Source of the DNA: the human T2T-CHM13v2.0 reference genome, Homo sapiens
Length of the DNA: 64,000 nt
Strand: one strand, 5' to 3'
Assembly: GCF_009914755.1 (NCBI RefSeq)
Contig: NC_060947.1
Shown here: positions 31,190 through 53,529 of the stretch, one piece after another
Numbering within the stretch: position 1 is the first letter of the stretch
Layout: the number at the start of each line of letters is the position of its first letter
Program-made: the position numbers and the translations under genes
Notes under the pieces: generated by a model
The model's input: the letters and a program-made list of their open reading frames with translations, nothing else
What the model was told of the DNA's origin: nothing
Database searches by the model: none

Positions 31190-34099
31190 CTTTCTAGCTT
31201 TTTGATGTGGGCATTTAGTGCTATAAATTTCTCTCTTAACACTTCTTTAGCTGCATCCCAGAGATTCTGGTTTGTTGTCCCTTTGTTCTCATTAGTTTCA
31301 CAGAACTTACTGATTTCTGGCTTAATTTTCTTATTTACCCAGGAGTCATTCAGGAGCAGGTTGTTCAATTTCCATGTACTTGTATGGTTTTATGTGAATT
31401 TCTTTACATTGAGGTTTAATTTGTGTTGTGGTCTGAGAGGCTGTTTGTTATGATTTCAGTTCTTTTGCATTTGCCGAGGAGTGTTTTCTTTCTGATTTTA
31501 TGATGAATTTTTTAGTAAGTGCCATGTAGCAATGAGAAGAATGTATATTCTGTTGATTTGGGGTGGAGAGTTCTGTAGCAGGTCCGACTGATTTAGAGCT
31601 GAGTTCAGGTCCTGAATATCTGTTAATTTTCTGTCAGTGGGGTGTTAAAGTACTCCCACTATTTTTGTGTGGGAGTCTATGATTCTTTTAGGTCTCTAAT
31701 AAGTTGCTTGAGTCTGGATGCTCCTGGAATGTGGGCATATATATTTAGAATAATTAGCTTATCTTGTTAAATTGAACACTTTACCATTATGTAATGCCCT
31801 TCTTTGTCTTTTTAAATCTTTGTTGGTTTAAAGTTTCTTTGGTCAGAAACTAGAATTGCAACCGCTGTTGTTTTCTGTTTTTCATTTGCTTGTAAAGTTG
31901 TCTTCTATTCCTTTATTTTGAGCCTATGTGTGTGTTTTTGCCTGAGAGGGGTCTCTTGAAGACAGCAATTAGATGGGTCTTGGCTCTTTATCTTGCCATT
32001 CTGTGTTTTTTAGATTGTTTACACTTAAGGTTAGTATTGTTCTGTGTAAATTTGATCCTGTCATCAAGACGCTAGCTGGTTACTTTGCAGACTTCTTTAT
32101 GTGGTTGCCTCATAATATCACTGGACTGTGTACTTCAGTATGTTTTTGTAGTGTCTGGTAATGGTTTCTTTTTTATAGTGCTTCCTTCAGGACCTCTTGC
32201 AAGGCAGGCCTGGTGTTAATGAACTTCCTCAGCATTTGCTTGTCTGAAACATATCTTATTTCTCCTTTGCTTATGAAACTTAGTTTGGCCAAATATGAAA
32301 TTCTGTTTTGGAAATCCTTTTTTTTTAAGAATGTTGAATATTGGCCCCCAATCTTTTCCAGCTTGTAGGGTTTCCACTGAGAGGTTTGCTGTTAATCTGA
32401 TAGGCTTCCCTTTGTAGGTAATCTGGACTTTCTGGCTGCCCTTAAAATTTTTTTTTTTCATTATGACCTTGGAGAATCGGATGATTATGTGTATTGGAGA
32501 TGATCTTCTCATGGAGTATCTTACAGGGGTTCTCTGCATTTCTTGAATGTGAATGTTTGCCTGTCTTGCTTGGTTGGGGAAGTTCTCCTGGATGATATCC
32601 TGAAGTATATTTTCCAACTTGGTTCCATTCACCTTGTCGGTTTCAGGTACCCCAATCAGTGATAGTTTCAGTGTCTTTATAATGAACCCATATTTCTCAG
32701 AGGTTTTCTTCATTCCTTTTTGTTTTTTTCTTCTCTGTTTTTCTCTGACTGTCTTATTTCAGAAAGATAGTCTTCAGGCTCTGAGTTTCTTTTCTCTGCT
32801 TTTTCTATTCTGTGATTGATACTTGTGATTGATGTTGTGTTTTTCATCTCCATCAGGTCAGTTATGTTTCTCTCGAAACTGGCTATTCAGGCTATCAGCT
32901 CCTGCATTGTTTTATCATGATTCTTAACTTTTTTGCATTGGGTTACCCCATGCTCCTTTAGCTCAGCGAAGTTGATTATTACCCACCTTCTGCAGCCTAC
33001 TTCTGTCAATTTAGCCATCTCAGTCTCAGCCAGTTTTGTGCCCTTGCTGGAGAGGTGTTGCAGTTATTTGGAAGAGAAGAGGCACTCTGGTTTTTGAGTT
33101 TTCAGCATTTTTCTGTTGATTCTTTCTGTCTTTGTGGCTTTATCTGCCTTCTATCTTTGAGGTTGCTGACATTTGAATGAGGTTTTTGTGGGTTCTTTTT
33201 TGTTGATGTTGTTGTTGTTTTCTGTTTGTAATTTTTTTTGAACAGTCAGGCCACTCTGCCATAGGGCTGTTGCAGTTTGCTTTGAGTCTGCTTTAGACCC
33301 CAGTTGCCTCACTTTCTTCTGTACCTGGAGGTATCACCAGTGAAGACTGTGAAACAACAAAGATGGCAGCCAGCTCCTTCTTTTGGAAGCTTCATCCCAG
33401 CGGGGTACTGACCTGTTCCTGGCCTGTACACACTGTATATGATGGCTGGAGGTCCCCGTTAGGACCTCTCATGCAGTAAGGAGGAATGAGTTCAGGCACC
33501 CATCCAAAGAAGCAGTCTGGCTGCTTTCTGGGAGACAAAGTGTGTTGTGTTGCAGGGTTTACTTTTTGTCCAGACTGCCTGTATTCTTCAAAGCCAGCAG
33601 GCTGGAGTTGCTGAGTCAACTGAACTACAGAGATGTCAGCTTATCATCCCACTGGGAGCTTCACCCTATGGAGAGGTTAAAGCTTTGTCCATAGCAATTT
33701 GCCTGGATTGTCTGAAGGCCCTGCAGGGAGGTCCCACCCAGTGAGGAAAAATGGATTGTGCTCTCACTTAAAGAAACAGTCTCGCCACAATCTGGCAAGG
33801 CAGCTGTGCTGCACTGTGGGGGACCATCCCTTGTCCATACCATCTTTATTACCCACAGCTGGCAGGATACAATGGCTTAGTCAACAAAATCGCAGAGATC
33901 ATGGCTCCTTCTCACCCTGGGAAGTCAGACCCATCTCAGGTAGACTCCAACCCATTGCCATTGGCTGGATGGGATTCCAAGCCAGTGAGTCTTAACTTGT
34001 GAGGTGCTGTGGAAGAGGAGACTGCAGAATGATGCTGCCTGGCTTCCAGGATTCAGCCCCATTTCTAAAGTTATGTATGGACAGATTTCCTGCTTTGCC

Positions 34100-36445
34100 A
34101 CTTTTTAGTTTAATTAAGTCCAATCTATTTTTGTTTTTGTTGTATTTGCTTTTGGGTTCTTGGTCATGAACTCTTTGCCTAAGCCAATGTCTAGAAGGGG
34201 TTTTCCAACATTCTAGAATTTTTATTGTTTCAGGTCTTAGATTTAATTCTTTGGTCCATGTTGAGTTGATTTTTGTATAAGGTGAGAGATGAGGATCCAG
34301 TTTCGTTCATCTACGTATGGCTTGCTAGTTATTCCAGCACCATATGTTGAATAGGGTGTCCTTTCTTCACTTTATGTTTTTGTTTGTTTTGTCAAAGATC
34401 AGTTGGCTGTAAGTATTTGGCTTTATTTCTGTGTACTTTATTCTGTTCCATTGGTCTATGTGCCTATATTTTTACCAGTACCATGCTGTTTTGGTGACTA
34501 GGGCCTTATAGTATAGTTTGAAGTTTGGTAATGTGATGCTTCCAGATATGTTCTTTTTGCTTTGTCTTGCTTTGCCTATGAAAACTTTTTTTTTCGTTCT
34601 GTATGAATTATGGAATTATTTTTTCTAGTTCTGTAAAGAATGATGGTGGTATTTTTACGGGAATTGCATTGAATTTGTAGATTGCTTTTAGCAGTATGGT
34701 CATATTCACAATATTGATTCTACCCATCTGTGAAAATAAGATTTGTTTTCATTTGTGTTATCTATGATTTCTTTTAGCAGTGTTTTTGTTTGTTTGTTTT
34801 TTGTTTTCGTAGATGTCTTTCATGTCCTTGGTTAGGTATATTACTAATTATTTTACTTTTTTTGCACCTGTTGTAAAAAGGGGTTCAGTTCTTGATTTGA
34901 TTCTCTGCTAGGTCACTGTTAGTGTATAGCAGAGCTACTGATTTGTGTACATTAAATTTGTGTCCTGAATTTTTGCTGAATGCATTTATCAGATCTAGGA
35001 GCTTTTTGGATGAGTCTTTAGGGTTTTCTAGGTACATGACCATATCATCAGCAAAGATTGCTCTGGCTAGGAATTCCAGTACTATGTTGAATAGAAGTGG
35101 TGAAAGCAGGCATCGTTGTCTCTTCCCAGTTCTCAGGGGGAATGCTTTCATCTTTTCCTTGTTCAGTATAAAGTTGGCTGTGGGTTTGTCAAAAGTGGCT
35201 TTTATTACCTTAAGTTATGTCCCTTCTATGCCAGTTTTGCTGAAAGTTTTCATCACAAAGTTATGCTGGATTTTGTCACATGTTTTTTCTGCATCTTTTG
35301 AGATGATTGTATGATTTTTGTTTTTACTTCTGTTTATGTGGTGTATCACATTTATTGACTGACATATGTTAAACCATCCTTGAATCCCAGGTATGAAACC
35401 CACTTGATCATGGTGGATTATATTGTTGATATGCTGTTCAATATTGTTTGCTAGTATTTTGTTGAGAATTTTTGCATCTATGATCATCAGGCATATTAGC
35501 CTGCAGTTTTCTTTTTTTGTTATGCCCTTCTCTGGTTTTGGTATTAGGATTAGGGTGATACTACCTACTCTGTTATTAGTACTTTGGAACACTTAGCTCA
35601 TTTACATTCAATGTTAGTATTGAGATGTCAGGTACTATTTTATTCATTGTGCTATTTGTTGTCTGAATACCCTGTGCATTTTTCAGTGTGTTTTTGTTGT
35701 ATATGTCCTGTGAGATTTATGCGTTAAGGAGGTTCTATTTGAGGGTACTTTTAGAAGTTCTTTTAGTGCTGAATTGGTAGTGGCGTATTCTCTCAGCATT
35801 TGTTTTTCTGGAAAAAAAAAAACGGTACCTTTCTTTCATCTATGAAGCTTTGTTTCACTGGATACAAAATTCTTTCCTAATTATTTTGTTTAAGGAGGCT
35901 AAACATAGGACCTCGATCTCTTCTAGCTTGTAGGGATTCTGTGGAGAAATTGGCTGTTAATCTAATACATTTTTTATAGGTTACCTGATGCTTTTACCTC
36001 ACAGCTGTAAAGATTTTTTCCTTTGTTTTGACTTTACATAACCTGATGACTATGTGCTTAGGCGATGATCTTTTTTCCAGGTGTTCTTTGAGCTTTTATT
36101 TGGCTGTCTAGATCTCTAGCAAGGCCAGAGAAGTTTACCTCGATTATTCCCTCCAATATGTTTTCCAAACTTTTAGATTTCTCTTCTCTCTCATGAACAC
36201 CAATAATTTTTAGGTTTGGACATTTAACATAGTCCGAAACTTCTTGGAGGCTTTGTTCATTTTTTAATTTTTTTTTTTGTCTTTGATGATTTGGGTTAAT
36301 TTGAAAGCCTTGTCTTTGAGCTCTGAGTTTCATTCTCCTGCTTATTTGACTCTATTGCTGAGACTTTCCAGTACATTTTGCATTTCTCTAAGTGTGTCCT
36401 TGATTTCCAGAAGTTGTGATGTTTTTTTTATTTATGCTATGTATT
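34100..36445 (-). mobile_element. L1PB-like ORF2/ORF1 remnant with internal deletions
   Basis: Fragments [31 protein letters not shown] and ORF1 KNEQSLQEV..NLKIIGV. Confidence 0.8.
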
Positions 36446-36686
36446 TGTCTTTTTTGTTTATTTTTTTCGTTTTTTTATTATTATTATACTTTAAGTTTTA
36501 GGGTACATGTGCACAATGTGCAGGTTTGTTACATATGTATACATGTGCCATGTTGGTGTGCAGCACCCATTAACTCATCATTTAGCATTAGGTATATCTC
36601 CTAATGCTATCCCTCCCCCCTCCCCCACCTCACAAAAGTCCCCGGTGTGTGATGTTCCCCTTCCTGTGTCCATGTGTTCTCATTGT

Positions 36687-40528
<3,842 letters not shown>

Positions 40529-40576
40529 TTATTTTGCTCGTTAGTTGATGCAGTTTCTTCCTAGTCTCGATGGTCT

Positions 40577-41593
40577 TTACATTTTGGCATGATTTTGCAG
40601 CGGCTGGTGCCGGTTGTTCCTTTCCATGTTTAGTGCTTCCTTCAGGAGCTCTTGTAAGGCAGGCCTGGTGGTGACAAAATCTCTCAGCATTTGCTTGTCT
40701 GTAAAGGATTTTATTTCTCCTTCACTTACGAAGCTTAGTTTGGCTGGATATGAAATTCTGGGTTGAAAATTCTTTTCTTTAAGAATGTTGAATATTGGCC
40801 CCCATTCTCTTCTGGCTTCTAGGGTTTCTGTTGAGAGATCCGCTGTTCGTCTGATGGGCTTCCCTTTGAGGGTAACCCGACCTTTCTCTCTGGCTGCCCT
40901 TAACATTTTTTCCTTCATTTCAACTTTGGTGAATCTGACAATTATGTGTCTTGGAGTTGCTCTTCTCGAGGAGTATCTTTGTGGTGTTCTCTGTATTTCC
41001 TGAATCTGAACGTTGGCCTGCCTTGCTATATTGGGGAAGTTCTCCTGGATAATACCCTGCAGAGTGTTTTCCAACTTGGTTCCATTCTCCCCATCACTTT
41101 CAGGTACACCAATCAGATGTAGATTTGGTCTTTTCACATAGTCCCATATTTCTTGGAGGCTTTGCTCATTTATTTTTATTCTTTTTTCTCTAAACTTCCC
41201 TTCTCACTTCATTTCATTCATTTCATCTTCCATTGCTGATACCCTTTCTTCCAGTTGATTGCATCGGCTCCTGAGGCTTCTGCATTATTCACGTAGTTCT
41301 CAAGCCTTGGTTTTCAGTTCCATCAGCTCCTTTAAGCACTTCTCTGTATTGGTTATTCTAGTTATACATTCTTCTAAATTTTTTTCAAAGTTTTCAACTT
41401 CTTTGCCTTTGGTTTGAATGTCCTCCCATAGCTCAGAGTAATTTGATCGTCTGAAGCCTTCTTCTCTCAGCTCGTCAAAGTCATTCTCCATCCAGCTTTG
41501 TTCCATTGCTGGTGAGGACCTGTGTTCCTTTGGAGCAGGAGAGGTGCTCTGCTTTTTAGAGTTTCCAGTTTTTCTGTTCTGTTTTTCCCCCAT
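40577..41593 (-). pseudogene. L1 ORF1p, frameshifted near 41300
   Basis: MGEKQNRKTGNSK...ELKTKA* and KRPNLHLIGVPESD...QNHAKM*. Confidence 0.95.
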
Positions 41594-42484
41594 CTTTGTG
41601 GTTTTATCTACTTTTGGTCTTTGATGATGGTGATGTACAGATGGGTTTTTGGTGTGGATGTCCTTTCTGTTTGTTAGTTTTCCTTCTAACAGACAGGACC
41701 CTCAGCTGCATGTCTGTTGGAATACCTGCCGTGTGAGGTGTCAGTGTGCCCCTGCTGGGGGGTGCCTCCCAGTTAGGCTGCCCGGGGGTCAGGGGTCAAG
41801 GACCCACTTGAGGAAGCAGTCTCCCCATTCTCAGATCTCCAGCTGCGTGCTGGGAGAACCACTGCTCTCTTCAAAGCTGTCAGACAGGGACATTTAAGTC
41901 TGCAGAGGTGACTGCTGTCTTTTTGTTTGTCTGTGCCCTGCCCCCAGAGGTGTAGCCTAAGGAGGCAGGCAGGCCTCCTTGAGCTGCAGTGGGCTCCACC
42001 CAGTTGGAGCTTCCTGGCTGCTTTGTTTACCTAATCAAGCCTGGGCAATGGCGGGCACCCCTCCCCCAGCCTCCTGCGGCCTTGCAGTTTGATGTCAGAC
42101 TGCTGTGCTAGCAATCTGCGAGACTCCGTGGGCGTAGGACCCTCCGAGCCAGGTGTGGGATATAATCTCGTGGTGGGCCGTTTTTTAAGCCCGTCAGAAA
42201 AGCGCAGTAGTCAGGTGGGAGTGACCCGATTTTCCAGGTGCCGTCTGTCACCCCTTTCTTTGACTCAGAAAGGGAACTTCCTGACCTCTTGCACTTCCCA
42301 AGTGAGGCAATGCCTCGCCCTGCTTCGGCTTGCGCAGGGTGCCCGCACCCACTGACCTGCGCCCACTGTCTGGCACTCCCTAGTGAGATGAACCCGGTAC
42401 CTCAGATGGAAATGCAGAAATCACTGTCCTCTGCGTCGCTCACGCTGGGAGCTGTTCCTATTCTGCCATCTTGGCTCCTCCCCC
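41594..42484 (-). promoter_or_regulatory. L1 5'UTR: sense promoter plus antisense promoter/ORF0 region
   Basis: CpG-rich UTR; YY1 motif; ORF0-like + strand peptide SDCCASNLRDSVGVGPSEPGVGY; donor-like sites CAG|GTGTGG (42152/3) and CAG|GTGCCG (42237/8). Confidence 0.85.
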
Positions 42485-43322
42485 TATTTTTTGTTTTGTT
42501 TATATAATGAATCACATTTTTTGAGTTGTGTATGTTGAACCAATTTTTAATTCTGTGAATAAAATGTACTTGATCTTGGTGGATAAGTTTTTTAATATGC
42601 TGCCAGCTTCAGTTTGTCAGTGTTTTGTTGAAGATATTTACATCAATTTTCATCAAGGATATTGGCCTGGGGTGGGTTTTTTTGTTGTTTACTTGCTAGG
42701 TTTTGATGTCAGGATCGTGAAATAATTTAGGGAGAAGTCTTTTCTTTGTTTTTTGTTTTTTTTTTTTGGGGAATAGTTTCAGCCGGAATGATACCAGCTC
42801 TTCTTTGTACATCTGTTAGTATTTAGTTGTGAATTCTTCTGGTCTTGGGCCTTTTTTAATTGGTAGGCTATTTATTAGTGATTCACTTTTGGTGCTCATT
42901 ATTGGTGTGTTCAGAGATTCAATTATTTCCTGGTTTCATCTTGGGAGGGTGTATGTGTCCAGGAATTCATCTATCTTTTTCTATATCTTTTTATTTATAT
43001 GCATTGTGGGTTATTATACTGTCTGGTGTTAATTTGTATTTCTGTAGGGTTTGTGGTAATATCCATTTCATAGTTTTTGATTGTGTTTATTTAGATCTTC
43101 TCTCCCTATTTCTTCATTCTAGCTAGCTATGCACTTATTTTATTATTTTATGTCAAAAAACCAACTCCTTGAGTTAATCTTTTAATGCTTTTTCATATCT
43201 CTATCTTCTTTTCAGTTCTGATTTTGGTTATTTCTTGTGTTCTGCTACCTTTGGGGTTGGCTTTTTCTTGGTTCTCTAGTTCTTCTAGTTGTGATGTTAA
43301 GTTGTTAAATTGAGATCTTTCT

Positions 43323-43405
43323 TTTTATTTATTTATTTATGTATTTATTTATTTATTTTGACACGGAGTCTCTCTCTGTCGCCCAGGCTGGAGTGCAGTG
43401 GCATG
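43323..43405 (-). mobile_element. Heavily 5'-truncated Alu with (TTTA)n tail
   Basis: GACACGGAGTCTC...GAGTGCAGTGGCATG; TSD CTTTCT (43317-43322, 43406-43411). Confidence 0.88.
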
Positions 43406-45653
43406 CTTTCTAACTTTTTGATATGGGCATTTAGTGCTATGAATTTTCCTTTTAACACTGCCTTAGCTGTATTCTAGAGATTCTGGGATGTTGTATCTTT
43501 ATTCTAATTAGTCTGAACAAACTTTTTGATTTCTATTTTAATTTCATCATTTACCCAAACATCATTCAGGAGCAGGTTATTCCATTTTCATATAATTGTA
43601 TGGTTTTGAATGAATTTTTTAGTCCTGGTTTATTATTTTTTTGTGCTGTGGTCTGAGAGATTGGTTGTTATTATTTCTGTTCTTTTGCTTTTGTTTAGGA
43701 TTGTTTTAATTATGATTACATGATTGATTTTAGAGTATTTGTCATGTGGATATGAGAAGAATGTATATATTACTGTTTTTGAGTGGAGAGTTTTGTTGAT
43801 ATCTATCAGGTCCAGTTAAGCTAGTGCTGAGTTTAGGTCCTGAATATCTTTGTTAATTTTCTGCCTTGATGATCTTTCTAATATGTTGAGTGTTGTGTTG
43901 AAGTCTCCCACTCTCACTGTGTGTGAGTCTACGTCTCTTTGAAGGTCTCTAAGATCTTGCTTTACGGATCAGAGTACTCCTATGCTCGGTGCATATATAT
44001 TTATGACAGGTCTTCTTGTTTCATTGAACCCTTTACCATCACATAATGCTTTTCTTTGTCTTTTTTGATGTTATTGGTTTAAAATTTGTTTTGCCTGAAG
44101 TTAGGATTACATTTTGTGCTTTCTTTTTTTTCCATTTTCTTGGTAGATTTTTCTGCATCCCTTTAAGTCTATGTGTGTGATTTCATGTGAGATGGATTTC
44201 TTGAAGACAGCTTGCCAATGGGTCTTGGAATTTAATCGACCTTACTACCCTGTGCCATTTAATTGGGGCATTTGGCCTGTTTACCTTCAAGGTTAGTATT
44301 GATATGTGTACATTTGATCTTGTCAACATGATATTAGCTGGCTATTTTTCAGACTTGTTTATGTAGTTGCTTTATATTGTTACTGGCCTCTGTATTTCAG
44401 TATGTTTTCGTAGTGGCTGGTAATGGGCTTACTTTTCCATATTTAGTGACTTTTTCAGGGGATCTTTTAAAGTAGGTTTGATGGCAACAAATTTTCTTAG
44501 CATTTGCTTGTCTGAAAATTATCTTATTTTCTTTTTGCTTATGAAGCTTAGTTTGGCTATATATGAAATTCTGTGTTGGAGTTTATTTTCTTTAAGAATG
44601 TTGAATATTGTCTTTCCAGTAGGGTTTCTGCTGAGAAGTTCACTGTTTGTCTGATTGGATTCCCTTTCTAGGTGACCTGACCTTGTTTTCTAGCTGCCTT
44701 TAACATTTTTACTTTTATTTTGTGTTTGGAGAATCTGATGATTATGTTGCTTGGGGATGATTTTCTTCAGAAGTATTTTACTGGGATTCTCTGCATTTTT
44801 TGAATTTGCGTTTTGGCCTCTCTAGCTAGGTTGAAGAAGTTCTCATGGATGATAATCTGAAATATGTTTTCCAAGTTGTTTACACTCTCTCCATCTTTCT
44901 CAGGGACTTTGGTGAATCAAAGATTTGGTCTCTTTACACAATCCCATATTTGTCAGAGGTTTTGTTGATTTTTTTAATTTTTTTTCTCTCTTCTTGTCTG
45001 GCTGTCTTGTTTCAAAAAGCCTGTCTTAAAGCTCTGAGATTCTTTCCTCCACTTGGTCTATTTTCCTATTAATACTTTTGATTGCATTATGAAATTTTTG
45101 TAGTGTGATTTTCAGCTCTATTAGTTCAGTTATATTTCTTTCTATAGTGGCTATTTTATCTTTCAGCTCTTATATTATTTTATTTTGATTCTTAGCTTAT
45201 ATAGATTCGGTTTTGATGTACTCCTGGATCTCAATGATCTTCCTTTTTATTCATATTCTGAATTTTATTTCTGTCATTTCAGCCATCAGCCCTGTTCAGA
45301 ACCTTTGCTGGAGAGGTGGTGCAGTCATTTGGAAGACCAAGGCACTCTGGCCTTTTGAGTTGTCAGGGTTCTTGTGTTGGTTTTCTCATCTTTATGGGCT
45401 TATGGGTTTTTTTTATTTTTAAAATTTTTGGTCTAAGTTGCTGAACTTGGATTTTTTTCTTGTATTTTATTTACGCCCTTTATGGTTTGATTGTGGTATG
45501 AAGTCACTTAAGCCAACTGGCTTCATTTCTGGAAGATTTTAGGGGAACAACACTCTACTTTGAATTCTTGTACCATTTGCTCTCACTCTGGGGGCCTTTT
45601 ATCAGGCCCCAGCATTGTTCTCTGTCTCTCTGATGTTTGAAATGCACTACACT

Positions 45654-46063
45654 ATACACCATGGAATACTATGCAGCCATAAAAAATGATGAGTTCATGT
45701 CCTTTGTAGGGACATGGATGAAACTGGAAACCATCATTCTCAGTAAACTATTGCAAGAACAAAAAACCAAACACCGCATATTCTCACTCATAGGTGGGAA
45801 TTGAACAATGAGATCACATGGACACAGGAAGGGGAATATCACACTCTGGGGACTGAGGTGGGGTGGGGGGAGGGGGGAGGGATAGCATTGGGAGATATAC
45901 CTAATGCTAGATGACGAGTTAGTGGGTGCAGCGCACCAGCATGGCACATGTATACATATGTAACTAACCTGCACAATGTGCACATGTACCCTAAAACTTA
46001 AAGTATATAAAAAAAAAAAAGAAGTGTATCATTGCAGGTGTAAAAAAAAAAAAAAAAAAAAAA
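45654..46063 (+). mobile_element. 5'-truncated L1PA2-type insertion with 3' transduction
   Basis: 3'UTR diagnostics GAGATCACATGG, GACGAGTTAGTGGG, GTAACTAACC (not Ta ACA/G); two poly(A) tracts; 15-bp TSD GAAATGCACTACACT (45639-45653, 46064-46078). Confidence 0.95.
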
Positions 46064-47369
46064 GAAATGCACTACACTGAGGGGCCAAGGTGCTCTCCAA
46101 CAGCTGGTCACTAGACTCTGATGGGTGGTGTCAGCCAAAATGTTTTGTAATGCGGTTACTGAAGAATCTGTTCGTTTTTGCATGTGCCAGCAACAGCAGC
46201 AGTCTGGCAGGGTGCACACTTGTCACCTGTGACAGGGTGCTAACAGGGGCTTGGGGGACTGCCTCTATGTGAGTGTTCATCACAGTGGTGAAGGCAGTTC
46301 GGCTTGGGGCCAAGGGGTCCTTTTTTGCAAGGTTCATGATGGTGGTGGTGTTGGCATGGGGTTGGAGCTCTGGGGGGCGTAGGTCTGTGTGCATTCTTTT
46401 TGTGCCACAGATATGGGTGGTTGCTCAGGGTGGAGGAGAATTCCTTGTTCTTTATGCTTAGTTTTTCTCCTGTGACAGTGTTGGTGCAAGGGTGGGCCTT
46501 GCTGATTCTGTGCTTGCCAAGGCTCTGACTGCAATGGCGGTTTGTGGAGAGAGGGTGGTGGTTTGTATATTTGCTGTAGCAGTGGAAGGGCAGGGTGCAT
46601 GCATAGAGGTGCACTGACAAACCAAGGAAAGCAAACATGCCCACGTACACACTTGTCATCAAAGTGATGTGCGGGGTTGCTGTTGGCCCACGGGAAGCTG
46701 CATTGTGAGGAGGTAGCAGAAAGTCTCTTGTGTGGCCATGGGGGCAGCACTGTTGGAGCTCTCCATTGGTCAGAAACGTTTCACCAGCACAGAAGCCATG
46801 ATGCAGGTCCCTAGGGCACTCAAGGCTTCTTTGAACAAGTGTGACTAGGCTGGGGCCAACTGGAGAGGCCAGGAAATTAAGGGGTGCTCATGTCAGACCA
46901 GCCCCATGTGGTGGACAAGAACACCCTGCAGAGTTAAGGTTCAATAGTTCCTCTAGGGCTAACGTCTCCTATGGGAGCAAGTCAAGCCTGGGGGAATGGC
47001 TGTCTCTGCCTCTGCTCCACTACAGATGCTGCTGCACGAAACTCTCTGGGCTTCACCTCAGCTGGATTGCTACCCTTACCACTTCTTTAAGCAGGTATCC
47101 CTGCCAACTCGAGTGTCCATGGTGGTTGAGAGGTCTCCTTCTGCTTGCATTCAAGAAGCCAATGGAGAGAACAGGTTGCTTTTTTACCATTTGAACTCAT
47201 GCATTCTTCTGGAGTTACTGGCGGCCAGGAACAAGTCCCCGCGTGGAGTAGCCCCGCTTCCTCCGTCTTGCTAGCTACTGTTTCTTTCTTCTCTCCACTC
47301 TGATGATACATTAGGAGTGTGCCAATCATCTTGGTCCCTCAGTGGCAACTGGGTGCACCAGTGTTGGGC

Positions 47370-47400
<31 letters not shown>

Positions 47401-47545
47401 TATATACATATATATATACACATATATATACGTGTATATATATATATACACACATATATATACGTATATATACACATATATATACGTATATATACACATA
47501 TATATACGTATATATACACATATATATACATATATATATACATAC

Positions 47546-47596
<51 letters not shown>

Positions 47597-47598
47597 TA
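47370..47598. repeat. Compound (TA)n/(TACA)/(TACG) microsatellite
   Basis: About 230 bp of purine-pyrimidine alternation; explains the YIYI ORFs. Confidence 0.97.
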
Positions 47599-47614
47599 GT
47601 GAGTTTTATATGTT

Positions 47615-53210
<5,596 letters not shown>

Positions 53211-53266
53211 CTATGTGTTCTAATAATGGTGGATACTATCCTTTCACTTCCAGGTTTATGACCTTC

Positions 53267-53465
53267 TATATATGTACATATATATCAATATATATATACA
53301 CACACACATATATATAGAATGTGCATGTGTATATAATACATGTATGTGTATATATATGTATATACATATATACATGTGTGTGTATATATACATATATACA
53401 TATATACGTATGTGTGTGTATATGTATATACATATATATGTGTGTGTGTGTATATATATATATAT
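53267..53465. repeat. Compound (TA)/(TG)/(CA) microsatellite
   Basis: About 200 bp alternating repeat. Confidence 0.97.
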
Positions 53466-53529
53466 GCAGGATGCAGTCTTGTGTGGGTCTTCAAAATGGT
53501 GCCTTGTAGCTGCCTAGGACTCAGGAGGT

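Larger units (their letters stand above)
42490..47340 (-). mobile_element. Older L1P: ORF2 5' half, ORF1 and long 5'UTR
   Basis: Continuous degenerate antisense L1 from the RT region to the 5'UTR; CAAGAYGG-type starts near 47270 and 47335. Confidence 0.75.

Noticed and set aside
46090-47329. Dense overlapping 60-140-aa ORFs
   Set aside because: GC-rich old L1 5'UTR with few stop codons; no coherent protein.
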